DNA of 64,000 nt from Thiobacillus sp. (GCA_035530575.1 DATKUP010000170.1:72440-136439); one strand, 5' to 3'; counted from the first letter of the stretch, positions 10,399 to 20,768 are shown. The notes: generated from the sequence alone by a model not told the origin. Translations and numbers: made by a program.

Positions 10399-11475
10399 TC
10401 AGCGCCGGTCCACCCAGCGAATGCCTGCCAGCGCGATGACCAGAAAAATCAGCAGCGGCAGGACCGATACCGCCACGGCCGGCCAGTTGTTCAGCAGGCC
10501 CAGGTGGCCGAACAGCCGGCTCAGCAGATGGAAGCCGAGGCCGGCCAGAATGCCGAGGAAAATCATGCCGCTGGTGCCGCCTGAGCGCGGCCCCCGGATG
10601 GCGAACGGCATGGCAACCAGCATCATGATCGGAATGACGAAGGGGCTGATGACTTTCGACCACAGCGCAAGTTCGTAACGCGTCGCTTTCTGGTTGTTTT
10701 GCTTGAGGTGCACGATGTAGCGCCAGAGGGTGCGCGCCGACATTTTTTCCGGTGCCACCAGCAGCACGCCGAGGATATCGGGTGTGAGCACCGACTGCCA
10801 TTCCTGGCTGGCGTGACGCTCGGCGCGAATGCCGTCTGCGTCAAACCGCGTTTCCACCACCTGCCGCAGGTCCCAGACCTGTTGATTGCCGCGCCAGTTG
10901 GCTTGCTCGGCGGCACGGATCCAGCCCAGTTGGCCTTTAGCGTCGAAGCCGTAAATCTCGATGCCGCGCAGCGTGTTGTCGGGCATCACTTCGCGCACAT
11001 TGATGAAGGCGCTGCCGTCCTTGACCCACAGCCCGGAACGGAATTGCTGCGCGACCACCGAGCGGGTGGCCGACAGTTTGTAGCGTTGCCCCGCCTGCTC
11101 CGACCACGGCGCCACGTATTCGCCGAACACCAGCACCAGCAGCGACAGTAGCGTCCCGATGACCGCGAAATATCCCGCCACCCGCCAGTTGGAGAGGCCC
11201 GACACACGCATCACCGCGTATTCCGAATTGCCCACCAGGCGCGACAGCGCAAACAGAGTACCGATCAGCGCCGCCACCGGCAGGATTTCATACAGATGCC
11301 CGGGAACGCTGAGCAACACCACGACAGCGGCCTGCCCCAGCCCATAGTTGTTGCGGCCCAGGTTGCCGAGCTCCTGCATCACGTCAAAAAACGCAAACAG
11401 CACCACCAGCGCCAGCAGGACGAAACTCGACGCCGCCAGCACCTGCCCTGCCAGATAGCGCGCCAGCAGACTCAC
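10399..11475 (-). CDS. lptG: LPS export ABC transporter permease LptG
   Basis: Polytopic permease. GTG start VSLLARYLAG overlaps the lptF stop (GTGA). The ORF-track N-terminal extension to 11754 lies inside lptF and is rejected. Confidence 0.85.
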   Translation of the reverse strand: MSLLARYLAGQVLAASSFVLLALVVLFAFFDVMQELGNLGRNNYGLGQAAVVVLLSVPGHLYEILPVAALIGTLFALSRLVGNSEYAVMRVSGLSNWRVAGYFAVIGTLLSLLVLVFGEYVAPWSEQAGQRYKLSATRSVVAQQFRSGLWVKDGSAFINVREVMPDNTLRGIEIYGFDAKGQLGWIRAAEQANWRGNQQVWDLRQVVETRFDADGIRAERHASQEWQSVLTPDILGVLLVAPEKMSARTLWRYIVHLKQNNQKATRYELALWSKVISPFVIPIMMLVAMPFAIRGPRSGGTSGMIFLGILAGLGFHLLSRLFGHLGLLNNWPAVAVSVLPLLIFLVIALAGIRWVDRR

Positions 11476-12551
11476 GGTCGCCTCCGGCACGGGGCGTGCT
11501 GGCGCGAGCGCCGGTAAAACAAAATGGCCACGGCGGACAGCATCAGCAGATGCGATACCCACATCCCGACCATGGGATTCAGCTTGTCCTGCGCCACCCA
11601 GGCCTGCGACAGCGACAGCAGGTTGTTGTAGACGAAATACAGTAGCAGCGCGATCAGCAGCCCGTAGGAACGGCGCGCTCGCGTGTTGACGAAGCTGAGC
11701 GGAATCGCCATCACGGCGAGAATCAGCGCGGAAATCGGCACCCCCAGCCGCCACAGCAATTGGGCGCGCGCCGGGGGGGTGACGTCAGCCAGCAGTTCGG
11801 CCACCGACATCTGGCGGATGCTGGTGGCCCTGGCGCCCGTGGCGACCGGATCGAGCCGCATCCAGTAGCGCTCGAACCGCACGACGCGGTAATCGAGCTG
11901 GCCGGGCGTGCCTTCGTAACGGCGGCCCTCCTTGAACACCAGGTAACGCGAGCCGTCCGGCAGCTGGGTGTAATCGCCTTCGCGCGCGACCACCAGGCCG
12001 AGCTGGCCGTCGATGCGCGACTGCATGAAGACGTTGCGCACGATGCCGGTCAGCGGGTTGAGCGACTCGACGTAATAGACGCGCTGGCCGGCGTTGGATT
12101 CGGCGAACAGGCCAGGAGCAATCAACGCGCTTTCGCTGCGGCTCTTCAGTTCCTGGCCATATTCGCTTTTCTTGGTTTGCACCCACGGATTGAGCACCAG
12201 CGTCAGCAACAGGATCACCAGTGAAAACGGCACCGCGAAAACCAGCACCGGCCGCATCCATTGGGTGAGCGACAGACCGGCGTTGAACCAGATCACCATT
12301 TCGCTGTCGCGCCACATACGCGACAAGGGCAGCAACACGCCTGCAAACAGCGCGATCGTCATTAAGACCGGCAAAAAATACAGCAGCGAGAAGCCGAGGA
12401 AGACGAACACCGCCTCGTTGGCGAGTTCGCCGCGTGCCACGTCGCCGAGCAGGCGGATAAACAGCACCACCAGCGCAATCGCCACCAGTACCGTCAGTAC
12501 GGCCCCGGTGGTGAGGCCCATCTCGCGGGTCAGTGCGCGGCGGTATAGCAT
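11472..12551 (-). CDS. lptF: LPS export ABC transporter permease LptF
   Basis: Start at MLYRRALTRE (12551), the typical LptF N-terminus. Six predicted TM segments. Divergent from pepA, as in many proteobacteria. Confidence 0.85.
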   Translation of the reverse strand: MLYRRALTREMGLTTGAVLTVLVAIALVVLFIRLLGDVARGELANEAVFVFLGFSLLYFLPVLMTIALFAGVLLPLSRMWRDSEMVIWFNAGLSLTQWMRPVLVFAVPFSLVILLLTLVLNPWVQTKKSEYGQELKSRSESALIAPGLFAESNAGQRVYYVESLNPLTGIVRNVFMQSRIDGQLGLVVAREGDYTQLPDGSRYLVFKEGRRYEGTPGQLDYRVVRFERYWMRLDPVATGARATSIRQMSVAELLADVTPPARAQLLWRLGVPISALILAVMAIPLSFVNTRARRSYGLLIALLLYFVYNNLLSLSQAWVAQDKLNPMVGMWVSHLLMLSAVAILFYRRSRQHAPCRRRP

Positions 12552-12680
12552 GAAAGCGTCGGGGTGAGGGCGTGCGGTATGCGCGGGTTTTGACAATCAG
12601 CCGCGCCTGCGCCAATAATCGCCGAATCGGCAACGCCAACCATCGGCGCATCGGCAAATTGTATTTTTTTGAGCACAGAC

Positions 12681-14195
12681 ATGAAAAACAGGGAAATCGA
12701 ACTTGAATTTAGCATAAAAAGCGGCGCCCCCGAAAAGCAGCGCAGCGCCTGCGTCGTCGTCGGCGTCTTCGAAAGCCGCAAGCTATCCGGGCCTGCCATC
12801 GACATCGACCGCGCCAGCGACGGTTATCTGTCCGAGATCCTGCGCGGCGGCGACATGGAAGGCAAGGCCGGCAGCACGCTGCTGCTGCACAAAGTGCCGA
12901 ATATCCTGGCCGACCGCGTGCTGCTGGTCGGCCTCGGCAAGGAGCGCGATTTCCACGAAAAAGCCTACCGCGATGCCATCGCCTGCGCCGTCAAGACGCT
13001 GCGCGACACCGGCTCGATGGAAGCGGCCATCACGCTTTCCGAAATCCCGGTGAAGAAGCGCGACGTGACCTGGAACATCGAGCAGGCGGTGATCGGCGCG
13101 CACGATGCGCTGTACCGCTTCGACCGCATGAAGAGCAAGCCGGACGAGGCGCGCCGCCCCTTGAAGCGCATCACCTTCGCCGTGTCGCGGCGCGGCGAAC
13201 TCAAATTCGGCGACATCGGCCTCGCGCACGGCCTGGCCATCGCCCGCGGCATCGACCTCGCCAAGAATCTAGGTAACACGCCGTCCAACATTTGCACCCC
13301 CGAATACCTGGCAAGCGAGGCAAAAAAGCTGGCGAAGTCGCACGGCTTCGGCTGCGAGATCCTCGATTACGCGGCCTGCGAGAAGCTCGGCATGGGCTCA
13401 TTCCTGTCGGTTGGCAAGGGCAGCGACAAGCCGCCGCGCTTCATCGTGCTGAAGCATGTGGGCGGCAAAAAAAGCGACAAGCCCGTGGTGCTGGTCGGCA
13501 AAGCGGTCACCTTCGACGCCGGCGGCATTTCGCTCAAGCCGCCCGCCGAAATGGACGAGATGAACTACGACATGAGCGGCGGCGGCGCGGTCATCGGCGT
13601 CTTTCGCGCCATCGGCGAACTGGGGCTGGCGCTCAACGTCGTCGGCCTCATCCCTGCCTGCGAGAACATGCCGGACGCAAACGCCAACAAGCCGGGCGAC
13701 ATCGTCACCTCGATGTCCGGCCAGACCATCGAAATCCTCAACACCGATGCCGAAGGCCGCCTGATCCTGTGCGACGCACTGACCTACGCCGAGCGCTTCG
13801 AGCCCGACTCGGTGATCGACCTGGCCACCCTCACCGGCGCCTGCGTGATTGCGCTGGGCGCGCATCCCAGCGCGCTCTTCAGCAACCACGACCCGCTGGC
13901 GCGCGAGATCGAGCACGCCGCCGACCATGCATGGGACCGTGTCTGGCGCATGCCGCTATGGGAGGACTATCAGGAGCAGTTGAAAAGTAGCCTCGCCGAC
14001 ATGGCCAATATCGGCGGCCGCCCGGCCGGCTCGATCACCGCCGCCTGCTTCCTGTCGCGCTTCGCCAGGAAATACCACTGGGCGCATCTGGACATCGCCG
14101 GCACCGCCTGGAAAGGCGGCCGCGAGAAGAAGGGCTCGACCGGGCGCCCGGTTTCGCTACTGATGCACTTCCTGCTGAACCGCGTACAGAAATAA
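12681..14195 (+). CDS. pepA: leucyl aminopeptidase (M17)
   Basis: N-terminus ...EFSIKSGAPEKQRSACVVVGVFE resembles E. coli PepA. M17 signature NTDAEGRL. Confidence 0.9.
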   Translation: MKNREIELEFSIKSGAPEKQRSACVVVGVFESRKLSGPAIDIDRASDGYLSEILRGGDMEGKAGSTLLLHKVPNILADRVLLVGLGKERDFHEKAYRDAIACAVKTLRDTGSMEAAITLSEIPVKKRDVTWNIEQAVIGAHDALYRFDRMKSKPDEARRPLKRITFAVSRRGELKFGDIGLAHGLAIARGIDLAKNLGNTPSNICTPEYLASEAKKLAKSHGFGCEILDYAACEKLGMGSFLSVGKGSDKPPRFIVLKHVGGKKSDKPVVLVGKAVTFDAGGISLKPPAEMDEMNYDMSGGGAVIGVFRAIGELGLALNVVGLIPACENMPDANANKPGDIVTSMSGQTIEILNTDAEGRLILCDALTYAERFEPDSVIDLATLTGACVIALGAHPSALFSNHDPLAREIEHAADHAWDRVWRMPLWEDYQEQLKSSLADMANIGGRPAGSITAACFLSRFARKYHWAHLDIAGTAWKGGREKKGSTGRPVSLLMHFLLNRVQK

Positions 14196-14205
14196 TCCGC
14201 CGGAC

Positions 14206-14631
14206 GTGACCGAAATCCTCTTCTACACCCATGCCGACGCCCCCCTCGACGTCGCCCGTCGCGTCGCTGCCAAGGCCTGCGGCCAGGGCAGGCAGGTGAT
14301 GATTTACGCACCGGACGCGGCGGTGGCCGACGCCATCGACCGCCTGCTGTGGACGACGCCTGCGCCGGGCTTCGTGCCGCACTGTCGCGATACCGACCCG
14401 CTGGCCGGCGAAACGCCGGTGCTGATCGGAACCGACAGCGACGCCCTGCGCAGCGCCGACGTGATGATCAACCTGCACACCGGGCAGCCGCCCGCCTTTG
14501 CCCGCTTCGAGCGCCTGGTCGAAATCGTCGGCCCGGATGCAGCCGTGGTCGAACAGGGACGCGAGCGCTGGCGCTTTTACAAGGCGCGTGGCTACGCCCT
14601 GACAACCCACGATCTGCGTCAGCCCGGCTAG
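14206..14631 (+). CDS. holC: DNA polymerase III subunit chi
   Basis: 141-aa ORF (GTG start) in the conserved pepA-holC-(hyp)-valS arrangement. Sequence is HolC-like (MTEILFYTH...). Confidence 0.8.
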   Translation: MTEILFYTHADAPLDVARRVAAKACGQGRQVMIYAPDAAVADAIDRLLWTTPAPGFVPHCRDTDPLAGETPVLIGTDSDALRSADVMINLHTGQPPAFARFERLVEIVGPDAAVVEQGRERWRFYKARGYALTTHDLRQPG

Positions 14632-15120
14632 GTGGCATCGATGAGCGAGAGTCCGCTGTTAAGCAAGATGGATGCGCTGCTGAAAAAGCATCGCGGCGGC
14701 AACGAGGCCGACGTGGACGCATCGTTCGGCCTCGCAACGGCTCCCGATGCCCCCCGACACATGCCGCCGGCCGACGCCTGGCTGCCGGTGCTGACCGATG
14801 CGATCGAGCGCGGCACGCCCCCGGTCGTGTCGGCGCCGGCGGCCGCGGCGCATCCCCCGGCGGCGCAGCCCGCCGAACCCGAAGCGCCCATAGCCGAGAT
14901 GCCCTCTTCCATCGTCAGCGACACCCTGGCCGAGCAGCTGATGAGCGAGCTGGCGCCGCGATTGTCCGAAGTGATGGAAAAGCAGGTCGCCGCCGAGTTG
15001 CGCAAGAACCTCGACCAGACCGTAGCCACACTGCTCTCCCAGCTTGATGTCAGCGTACGGGAAGTCGTGCGCGAGGCGATCGCCGAAAAACTCAGGCACC
15101 CCCGCGACCCGTCGACCTGA
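14632..15120 (+). CDS. hypothetical protein (Pro/Ala-rich middle, helical C-terminus)
   Basis: 162-aa ORF abutting the holC stop. No recognisable catalytic motif. Confidence 0.5.
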   Translation: MASMSESPLLSKMDALLKKHRGGNEADVDASFGLATAPDAPRHMPPADAWLPVLTDAIERGTPPVVSAPAAAAHPPAAQPAEPEAPIAEMPSSIVSDTLAEQLMSELAPRLSEVMEKQVAAELRKNLDQTVATLLSQLDVSVREVVREAIAEKLRHPRDPST

Positions 15121-15137
15121 AACCGCATTTTTCGGCG

Positions 15138-15222
15138 GCGTTTTGGGACGCACCCCAGGCTTTTTGGGGGGCATCCCGAGTTTCTTTGGGACGCGTCCCA
15201 GCCTTTTTGGGATAATGCCGCC
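15138..15222 (+). promoter_or_regulatory. four tandem ~21-bp units, each a TTTTGGG-N5/6-CCCAG dyad, immediately upstream of valS
   Basis: TGGG anchors at 15144, 15165, 15187 and 15208 (spacing 21/22/21). The third unit contains the perfect 12-bp palindrome GGGACGCGTCCC. Confidence 0.6.
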
Positions 15223-15236
15223 TTTGCGCGCACGCC

Positions 15237-17975
15237 ATGGAACTCGCCAAATCCTTCGAACCGGCTGAAATCGAAAAGCGCTGGTACGCCCAGTGGGAAA
15301 GCGCCGGCTACTTCAAGACGGGCGACAACCCCAACGCCAGCGCCTACTGCATCATGCTGCCGCCGCCCAACGTCACCGGCACGCTGCACATGGGGCACGC
15401 CTTCCAGCACACCCTGATGGACGCACTCACCCGCTATCACCGCATGATGGGCGACAACACGCTGTGGCAGCCGGGCACCGACCACGCCGGCATCGCCACC
15501 CAGATCGTGGTGGAGCGCCAGCTCGACGCGCAGGGCGTCTCCCGCCACGACCTCGGCCGCGAAAAATTCCTCGAAAAGGTGTGGGAGTGGAAGGAACACT
15601 CCGGCTCCACCATCACCCAGCAGATGCGCCGGCTCGGCACCAGCCCGGACTGGAGCCGCGAGCGCTTCACCATGGACGAGGGCCTGTCGAAGGCCGTCAC
15701 CGAAGTATTCGTGCGGCTCTACCGCGAAGGCCTCATCTACCGCGGCAAGCGGCTGGTGAACTGGGACCCGGTCCTGCAAACGGCAGTGTCCGACCTCGAA
15801 GTCGTCAGCACCGAGGAAGAAGGCTTCATCTGGGAAATCAGCTATCCGCTGGAAGATGGCTCCAGCGCACTCACCGTCGCCACCACCCGCCCGGAAACCC
15901 TGCTTGGTGATACGGCAGTAGCCGTACACCCGGAAGACGAGCGCTACGCCCATCTCATCGGCAAGCAGGTCCGGCTGCCCATCGCCGAGCGCAGCATCCC
16001 CGTCATCGCCGACGACTATGTCGACCGCGAATTCGGCACTGGCGTAGTCAAGATCACGCCGGCGCACGACTTCAATGACTGGCAGGTCGGACAGCGCCAC
16101 AAGCTGGTCGCGATCAGCGTGCTCACGCTCGACGCCAAAATGAACGATCTGTGCCCGGCCGAATACCAGGGCCTGGACCGCTACGACGCGCGCCAAAAAA
16201 TGCTCGACGCCTTGCAGACAAGTGGCCTGCTGGTCTCCGCCAAACCGCATAAACTGATGATTCCACGCGGCGACCGCACGCACGCGGCGATCGAACCCAT
16301 GCTGACCGATCAGTGGTTCATGAGCATGGACGGCCTGGCCAAGCAGGGGCTGGATGCAGTCGAGTCCGGCGAAGTGAAATTCGTCCCGGAAAACTGGACC
16401 ACCACTTACCGTCAATGGCTGGAAAACATCCAGGACTGGTGTTTGTCACGGCAGCTGTGGTGGGGGCATCGCATTCCGGCCTGGTACGACGCCGACGGCA
16501 ACTTCTACGTCGCGTACTCCGAAGCCGAAGCCCGCAAACAGGCTGGCGGCCGCGAGCTCACCCAGGACAACGACGTGCTCGACACCTGGTTCTCGTCTGC
16601 ACTGTGGCCATTCTCCACTCTGGGCTGGCCTGAGCAAACGCCGGAACTCGAGCGTTACCTGCCGACCTCGGTTCTGGTCACCGGCTTCGACATCATCTTC
16701 TTCTGGGTTGCACGCATGGTGATGATGTCCAAGCATCTCACCGGAAAAGTGCCGTTCCGCGAAGTCTATGTCACCGGCCTGGTACGCGACTCCGAAGGCC
16801 AGAAGATGAGCAAGTCCAAAGGCAACGTGCTCGACCCGATCGACCTCATCGACGGCATCGCGGTGGACGAGTTGGTTACCAAGCGCACTCAGGGCCTGAT
16901 GAACCCCAAACAGGCCACCAGCATCGAGAAACGCACCCGCAAGGAATTCCCGGAAGGCATCGCGGCATTCGGCACCGATGCCCTGCGCTTCACCTTCGCC
17001 AGTCTTGCCACGCATGGTCGTGACATCAAGTTCGACCTGCAACGCGCCGAAGGCTATCGCAACTTCTGCAACAAATTGTGGAACGCCACCCGCTTTGCTC
17101 TGATGAACCTGGAAGGCCACGACTGCGGCCAGGATGCCAGCCAGCCGATGGACTTTTCGGACGCCGACCGCTGGATCACCGCGCGCCTGCAACAAGCCGT
17201 CACCGACGTGCATGCGGCATTCAGCGCCTACCGCTTCGACCAGGCCGCGCGCGCCGTGTACGAATTTGTGTGGGACGAATACTGCGACTGGTATCTGGAA
17301 CTCGCCAAAGTGCAGCTGAGCAACGGTACCCTCGAACAGCAACGCGCCACCCGCCGCACCCTCGCCAGCGTGCTCGAAGCCACCCTGCGCCTTGCTCACC
17401 CCATCATTCCCTACATCACCGAAGAGTTGTGGCAAAAGGTTGCGCCACTGGCCGGCGTTTCGGGCGACACCATCATGCTGGCGAGCTTCCCCCAAGCGGA
17501 ATCAGCACAGGCCCACGCCGACAGCGTCACACGCATCCAGACGCTGAAGGAACTGGTCAACGCCTGCCGCACCCTGCGCAGCGAAATGAATTTGTCGCCT
17601 GCACAACGCGTGCCGCTGGTGATCGAAGGCGACACCGCTGTCATCACCGCGCTCGCACCCTACATCACCGCGCTCGGCAAGCTCAGCGAAGTGACTGCAG
17701 TCGCTGCACTTGCGGATGCCGATGCCCCGGTCGCGCTGGTCGGCGACATGCGGCTGATGCTGGTGGTGGAGATCGACAAGGACGCCGAGCGCGCACGACT
17801 GGCCAAGGAAATCGTCCGCATCCAGGGCGAGATCAAAAAAGCAGAAAGCAAGCTGGCCAATCCCAGTTTCGTCGACAAAGCGCCGGCCGCAGTAGTGCAA
17901 CAGGAGCAGGCACGCCTAGCCGACTTTGCTGCGATGCTGCAAAAGCTGGCGGCACAGCACGCGCGCTTGGGCTGA
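15237..17975 (+). CDS. valS: valine--tRNA ligase
   Basis: 912 aa. HIGH region [16 protein letters not shown] region KMSKSKGN, C-terminal coiled coil. Confidence 0.97.
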   Translation: MELAKSFEPAEIEKRWYAQWESAGYFKTGDNPNASAYCIMLPPPNVTGTLHMGHAFQHTLMDALTRYHRMMGDNTLWQPGTDHAGIATQIVVERQLDAQGVSRHDLGREKFLEKVWEWKEHSGSTITQQMRRLGTSPDWSRERFTMDEGLSKAVTEVFVRLYREGLIYRGKRLVNWDPVLQTAVSDLEVVSTEEEGFIWEISYPLEDGSSALTVATTRPETLLGDTAVAVHPEDERYAHLIGKQVRLPIAERSIPVIADDYVDREFGTGVVKITPAHDFNDWQVGQRHKLVAISVLTLDAKMNDLCPAEYQGLDRYDARQKMLDALQTSGLLVSAKPHKLMIPRGDRTHAAIEPMLTDQWFMSMDGLAKQGLDAVESGEVKFVPENWTTTYRQWLENIQDWCLSRQLWWGHRIPAWYDADGNFYVAYSEAEARKQAGGRELTQDNDVLDTWFSSALWPFSTLGWPEQTPELERYLPTSVLVTGFDIIFFWVARMVMMSKHLTGKVPFREVYVTGLVRDSEGQKMSKSKGNVLDPIDLIDGIAVDELVTKRTQGLMNPKQATSIEKRTRKEFPEGIAAFGTDALRFTFASLATHGRDIKFDLQRAEGYRNFCNKLWNATRFALMNLEGHDCGQDASQPMDFSDADRWITARLQQAVTDVHAAFSAYRFDQAARAVYEFVWDEYCDWYLELAKVQLSNGTLEQQRATRRTLASVLEATLRLAHPIIPYITEELWQKVAPLAGVSGDTIMLASFPQAESAQAHADSVTRIQTLKELVNACRTLRSEMNLSPAQRVPLVIEGDTAVITALAPYITALGKLSEVTAVAALADADAPVALVGDMRLMLVVEIDKDAERARLAKEIVRIQGEIKKAESKLANPSFVDKAPAAVVQQEQARLADFAAMLQKLAAQHARLG

Positions 17976-18090
17976 TACACGCCCAGCAGGCCCGCAGCCT
18001 GCCTTCGAGTTTCTTGTAGAGGTGGGCTCGTTCCACCCCGCCGAACGGGCAGTCAGCCATGAAATTGTAGGCGAGAAATTGGATGGACTA

Positions 18091-18180
18091 CTTATCTAGA
18101 CCTGACCCCAGAGTCACATGCTTATCTAGACCTGACCCCAGAGTCACAGAGTTCTTTGTGACCCCAGAGTTCTTTGGGCT
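18091..18180. repeat. tandem 30-bp direct duplication (cttatctagacctgaccccagagtcaca-) followed by GACCCCAGAGT / AGAGTTCTTT sub-repeats
   Basis: 18091-18120 and 18121-18150 are identical except for the last 2 nt. tgaccccagagt recurs at 18159-18170. Confidence 0.85.
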
Positions 18181-18202
18181 GATTATTCGCAACGACGAAA
18201 AC

Positions 18203-18235
18203 AAAAAAAGCGCAGCTGAAGCTGCGCTTTTTTTG
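18203..18235. terminator. bidirectional rho-independent terminator (after valS)
   Basis: aaaaaaagcgcagc-tgaa-gctgcgcttttttt: GC stem flanked by an A-run and a T-run. Confidence 0.8.
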
Positions 18236-18284
18236 TTTCTCGAAAAATCGACAGACTTGCCGCCGATCGAGTGAATGAAAAAAA

Positions 18285-18306
18285 GCCGGGGTCTTGCGAT
18301 CCCGGC
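18285..18306 (-). terminator. rho-independent terminator of the FadL-like gene
   Basis: Stem gccggg/cccggc. On the minus strand it is followed by a T-run (plus-strand aaaaaaa at 18278-18284). Confidence 0.7.
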
Positions 18307-18333
18307 CTTCAATCAGTTCAAGTGCGACTGAAA

Positions 18334-19596
18334 TTAAATTTTCCAGCTGTACTGGATACCCAGCGAATTCTGGTCCATCTCGATGGTTTCCGTTCCTGCC
18401 GGAGCACTACCCATGAATGCCGGAAGGATGGAGGTACCGCTGACGTCGTTGCTGAAACCGTGCATGTAACTCATGGTCAACTCATTACCCGATGCCAGGG
18501 TATACGTGAAACCAAGGGTTACATGATCCTCGATTACGCCGGGCGCGAGGATATTGAATGTCACATCGCTTGCGGAAATGGGGTTGTCGCCACGGTTGTA
18601 ACCCGCACGCAAGGTTAGCTGCTGGCTGTATTTGTATTCCGCGCCCAGCTTCCACACATTGACGTCCTGCCAGCCAAAACCGGAGCCATTGTCGGTACCC
18701 AACAGGTACGGAACCAGGCTGGGATTGTTAATTGAGTTGACGCCGCTATAGTTGATGCGCTGGTAATCCAGCGCCAGTTTGACCACGGGAGTCGCTTGCC
18801 AAGCCACGCCGAGGTTGTAGTTCTCGGGAATGTCGAAGTCGCCCTGCTCTGCGAACAGACCGGCGTAGTCGTCGAACTCCTCGAAGTTCATCTTGGACGC
18901 ATAGGCCGCGCCAATGGTCACGGTCGGGGTGATCTTGCCCATGTAGCCGACGCGGACACCGTAACCGAAGGCACCGTCATGCCCGTTATTAGTAAGTTTC
19001 GTGGCGTCAGAAGAAATTCCTGAAAAAGCTTGAAGGCCGTTAGCCTCGAAGGCCTGGTAACCCAGCAGCGGGGAAATACCGATGGAATGGTTGGGGGCCA
19101 CCTTGAACGCCACGGTCGGGGCAACGATCAATTGAACCAGGTCAACCCCCAGGTCGCCCTGCCCGCACAGCATGTTGGCAGGCCCGGATCCACAATTGAT
19201 CTGCCCACCTGCATAGTCCGTGTTCATCCCGCCATTGCCATAAACCGTTACACCCATCGCCAATGTCGAGGACATTTGCTTGGTCATGCCGAACTCGGGA
19301 ATCAGGAAGTACTCGCTGTCGCTATCCACGCTCATATCGAAGGGACCCAAACCGGTGCGCGAGGCGCTGCGGTTGGGGTTGAACACGTCTGCCCCCAGAT
19401 CGAAGCGATCGCCCGCGAACGCCATGGAGGCCGGGTTGTTGGCACCGCCGAAGGCGTCATCCGAACTGGCGGTGGCTGCACCGCCCATGCCCTTGGACTT
19501 CATGCCGTAGCCGTGGGAAAAATAGCCGTTGGTGGCGTAGGCGCTGCCAGCCAAACCGGCCAGTGCCATGAATGCGAATACTTTTGTTAATTTCAT
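18334..19596 (-). CDS. outer-membrane transport protein, FadL/TodX/OmpP1 family
   Basis: Signal peptide MKLTKVFAFMALAGLAGSAYA, then ATNGYFSHGYGMKSKGMGGA, typical of the Toluene_X family, and a beta-barrel pattern. AGGAG lies before the ATG at 19596. Confidence 0.8.
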   Translation of the reverse strand: MKLTKVFAFMALAGLAGSAYATNGYFSHGYGMKSKGMGGAATASSDDAFGGANNPASMAFAGDRFDLGADVFNPNRSASRTGLGPFDMSVDSDSEYFLIPEFGMTKQMSSTLAMGVTVYGNGGMNTDYAGGQINCGSGPANMLCGQGDLGVDLVQLIVAPTVAFKVAPNHSIGISPLLGYQAFEANGLQAFSGISSDATKLTNNGHDGAFGYGVRVGYMGKITPTVTIGAAYASKMNFEEFDDYAGLFAEQGDFDIPENYNLGVAWQATPVVKLALDYQRINYSGVNSINNPSLVPYLLGTDNGSGFGWQDVNVWKLGAEYKYSQQLTLRAGYNRGDNPISASDVTFNILAPGVIEDHVTLGFTYTLASGNELTMSYMHGFSNDVSGTSILPAFMGSAPAGTETIEMDQNSLGIQYSWKI

Positions 19597-19740
19597 TAAT
19601 GTCTCCTCTAAGGGCAAAATCACTACAGATAAGCTAATTGAATTAGCCTATCCTGAAGGCTACGCTAACAACTGTGGCTTAGCCAAGAAGGCCAGCCTGT
19701 TTAACCGGATAATCAGCATCGCGTGTGGTACAAAAGACAC

Positions 19741-19771
19741 AAAAAATGAGCCGAACGAATCGGCTCATTTT
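19741..19771. terminator. rho-independent terminator downstream of the dsrE-like gene (bidirectional shape)
   Basis: aaaaaa-tgagccg-aacgaat-cggctca-tttt. Confidence 0.75.
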
Positions 19772-19806
19772 CATCGGGCGGCAATCTGTCGCTCAAATAC
19801 TGTTTC

Positions 19807-20316
19807 TTAGATAAACAGGCAGATGTCGGTCTCGCCGGCAAATTCGAAGAAGGTGGCGGCGCCACCGTATTCGAGACCGTCGATGAAGTCGGAATGTTCG
19901 AAGCCGAACAGTTCGACGGTCATCTGGCAGGCGATGAACTTGACTTCGGCCTCCTGGCACAATTCGCGCAGTTCGGGAATACTGGCCACGCCGGTGTTGG
20001 CGATGGTCTGCTTCATCAGGGCCGTTGCCACGTTTTCATAGCCGGGGATGATGGCCTGGATGGCGTTGGGCATGTTCCAATTGATGCTCTTGAACCACTT
20101 GGGGCCAAAGGGCATTTTCATCGGCATGCCGGGGTTGCCCAGGGGGCTGACTTTGAGGACAGACAGGTCCTTGCGGACAAGCTGGAGGCCATAAAAGGTG
20201 AAGAAAATCTGGGTTTCGTAGCCCAGCGCGGCGGCCGTGGAGGCCAGGATGAACGGTGGGTAAGCCCAGTCCAGCGTGCCCTTGGTCGCGATGATGGCCA
20301 TTTTTTTAGTATCCAT
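19807..20316 (-). CDS. DsrE/DsrF-like sulfur-relay protein (COG2210, DsrE3-type)
   Basis: About 169 aa, MDTKKMAIIATKGTLDWAYPPFILASTAAALG..., with conserved Cys in KFIACQMT. Immediately downstream of tusA and rhodanese. Confidence 0.75.
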   Translation of the reverse strand: MDTKKMAIIATKGTLDWAYPPFILASTAAALGYETQIFFTFYGLQLVRKDLSVLKVSPLGNPGMPMKMPFGPKWFKSINWNMPNAIQAIIPGYENVATALMKQTIANTGVASIPELRELCQEAEVKFIACQMTVELFGFEHSDFIDGLEYGGAATFFEFAGETDICLFI

Positions 20317-20401
20317 GCTCGGTCTCTCTCCTCTTCCAGTCAAAAAAACAGCGCCGTGGGTTTCTGGCTCGGAACGGATGGCGCTGGCTTCGGTTTCCTG
20401 C

Positions 20402-20629
20402 TTATTTCTTCTTCATGAAGAAGGTGAATTCGCCACCCGCTTCGGCGGTTGACAGCAATTCATTGCCGGTCTGCTTGGCGAAAGCGGCAAAATCCTTGAC
20501 TGAACCGGGGTCGGTCGAGAGGATTTTCAGCACCTGGCCGCTGGAGACTTCTCCCAGGGCTTTCTTGGCACGCAGGATGGGCAGGGGGCAGTTCAAACCA
20601 CGTGCATCAAGTTCTTTATCGAAATTCAT
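20402..20629 (-). CDS. tusA: sulfurtransferase TusA
   Basis: 75 aa with the TusA/SirA active-site motif LDARGLNCPLPILRAKKAL. Confidence 0.9.
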   Translation of the reverse strand: MNFDKELDARGLNCPLPILRAKKALGEVSSGQVLKILSTDPGSVKDFAAFAKQTGNELLSTAEAGGEFTFFMKKK

Positions 20630-20768
20630 TGGGTTCTCCTTACATTATTAAACAAGTATGTAGTAAAAATTGCTGCGGTACAGTAAACCAGAAGCTCCCC
20701 CATTGCAACCGAATTCGCTGCGCAACGGGGTGCGATTTGGAGAAGGTCAACCGGCCTTGCCCCGGCGT

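Noticed and set aside
14628-16415. 595-aa ORF antisense to valS. Similar long antisense or alternative-frame ORFs include 60938..63292, 33367..34806, 50753..52492, 54049..55575, 24587..26083, 41262..42419, 43887..44975 and 701..1855.
   Set aside because: They overlap genes with unmistakable family motifs on the other strand or frame. Their translations are Arg/Ala/Gly/Pro-rich and low in complexity, as expected for stop-poor shadow frames in roughly 65-70% GC DNA.
18091-18180. Possible CRISPR array; the same was considered for the TCAGGGG array at 52601-52645.
   Set aside because: The repeats are directly abutting with no unique spacers. The units are only 30 bp x2 or 7 bp. No cas genes or leader are present.
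18083-18274. 63-aa ORF (MDYLSRPDPRVTCLSRPDPRVTEFF...) and the opposite-strand ORF 18088..18312.
   Set aside because: Their repetitive peptides are simply translations of the 30-bp DNA duplication and of the terminator hairpins. No RBS or coding bias is present.
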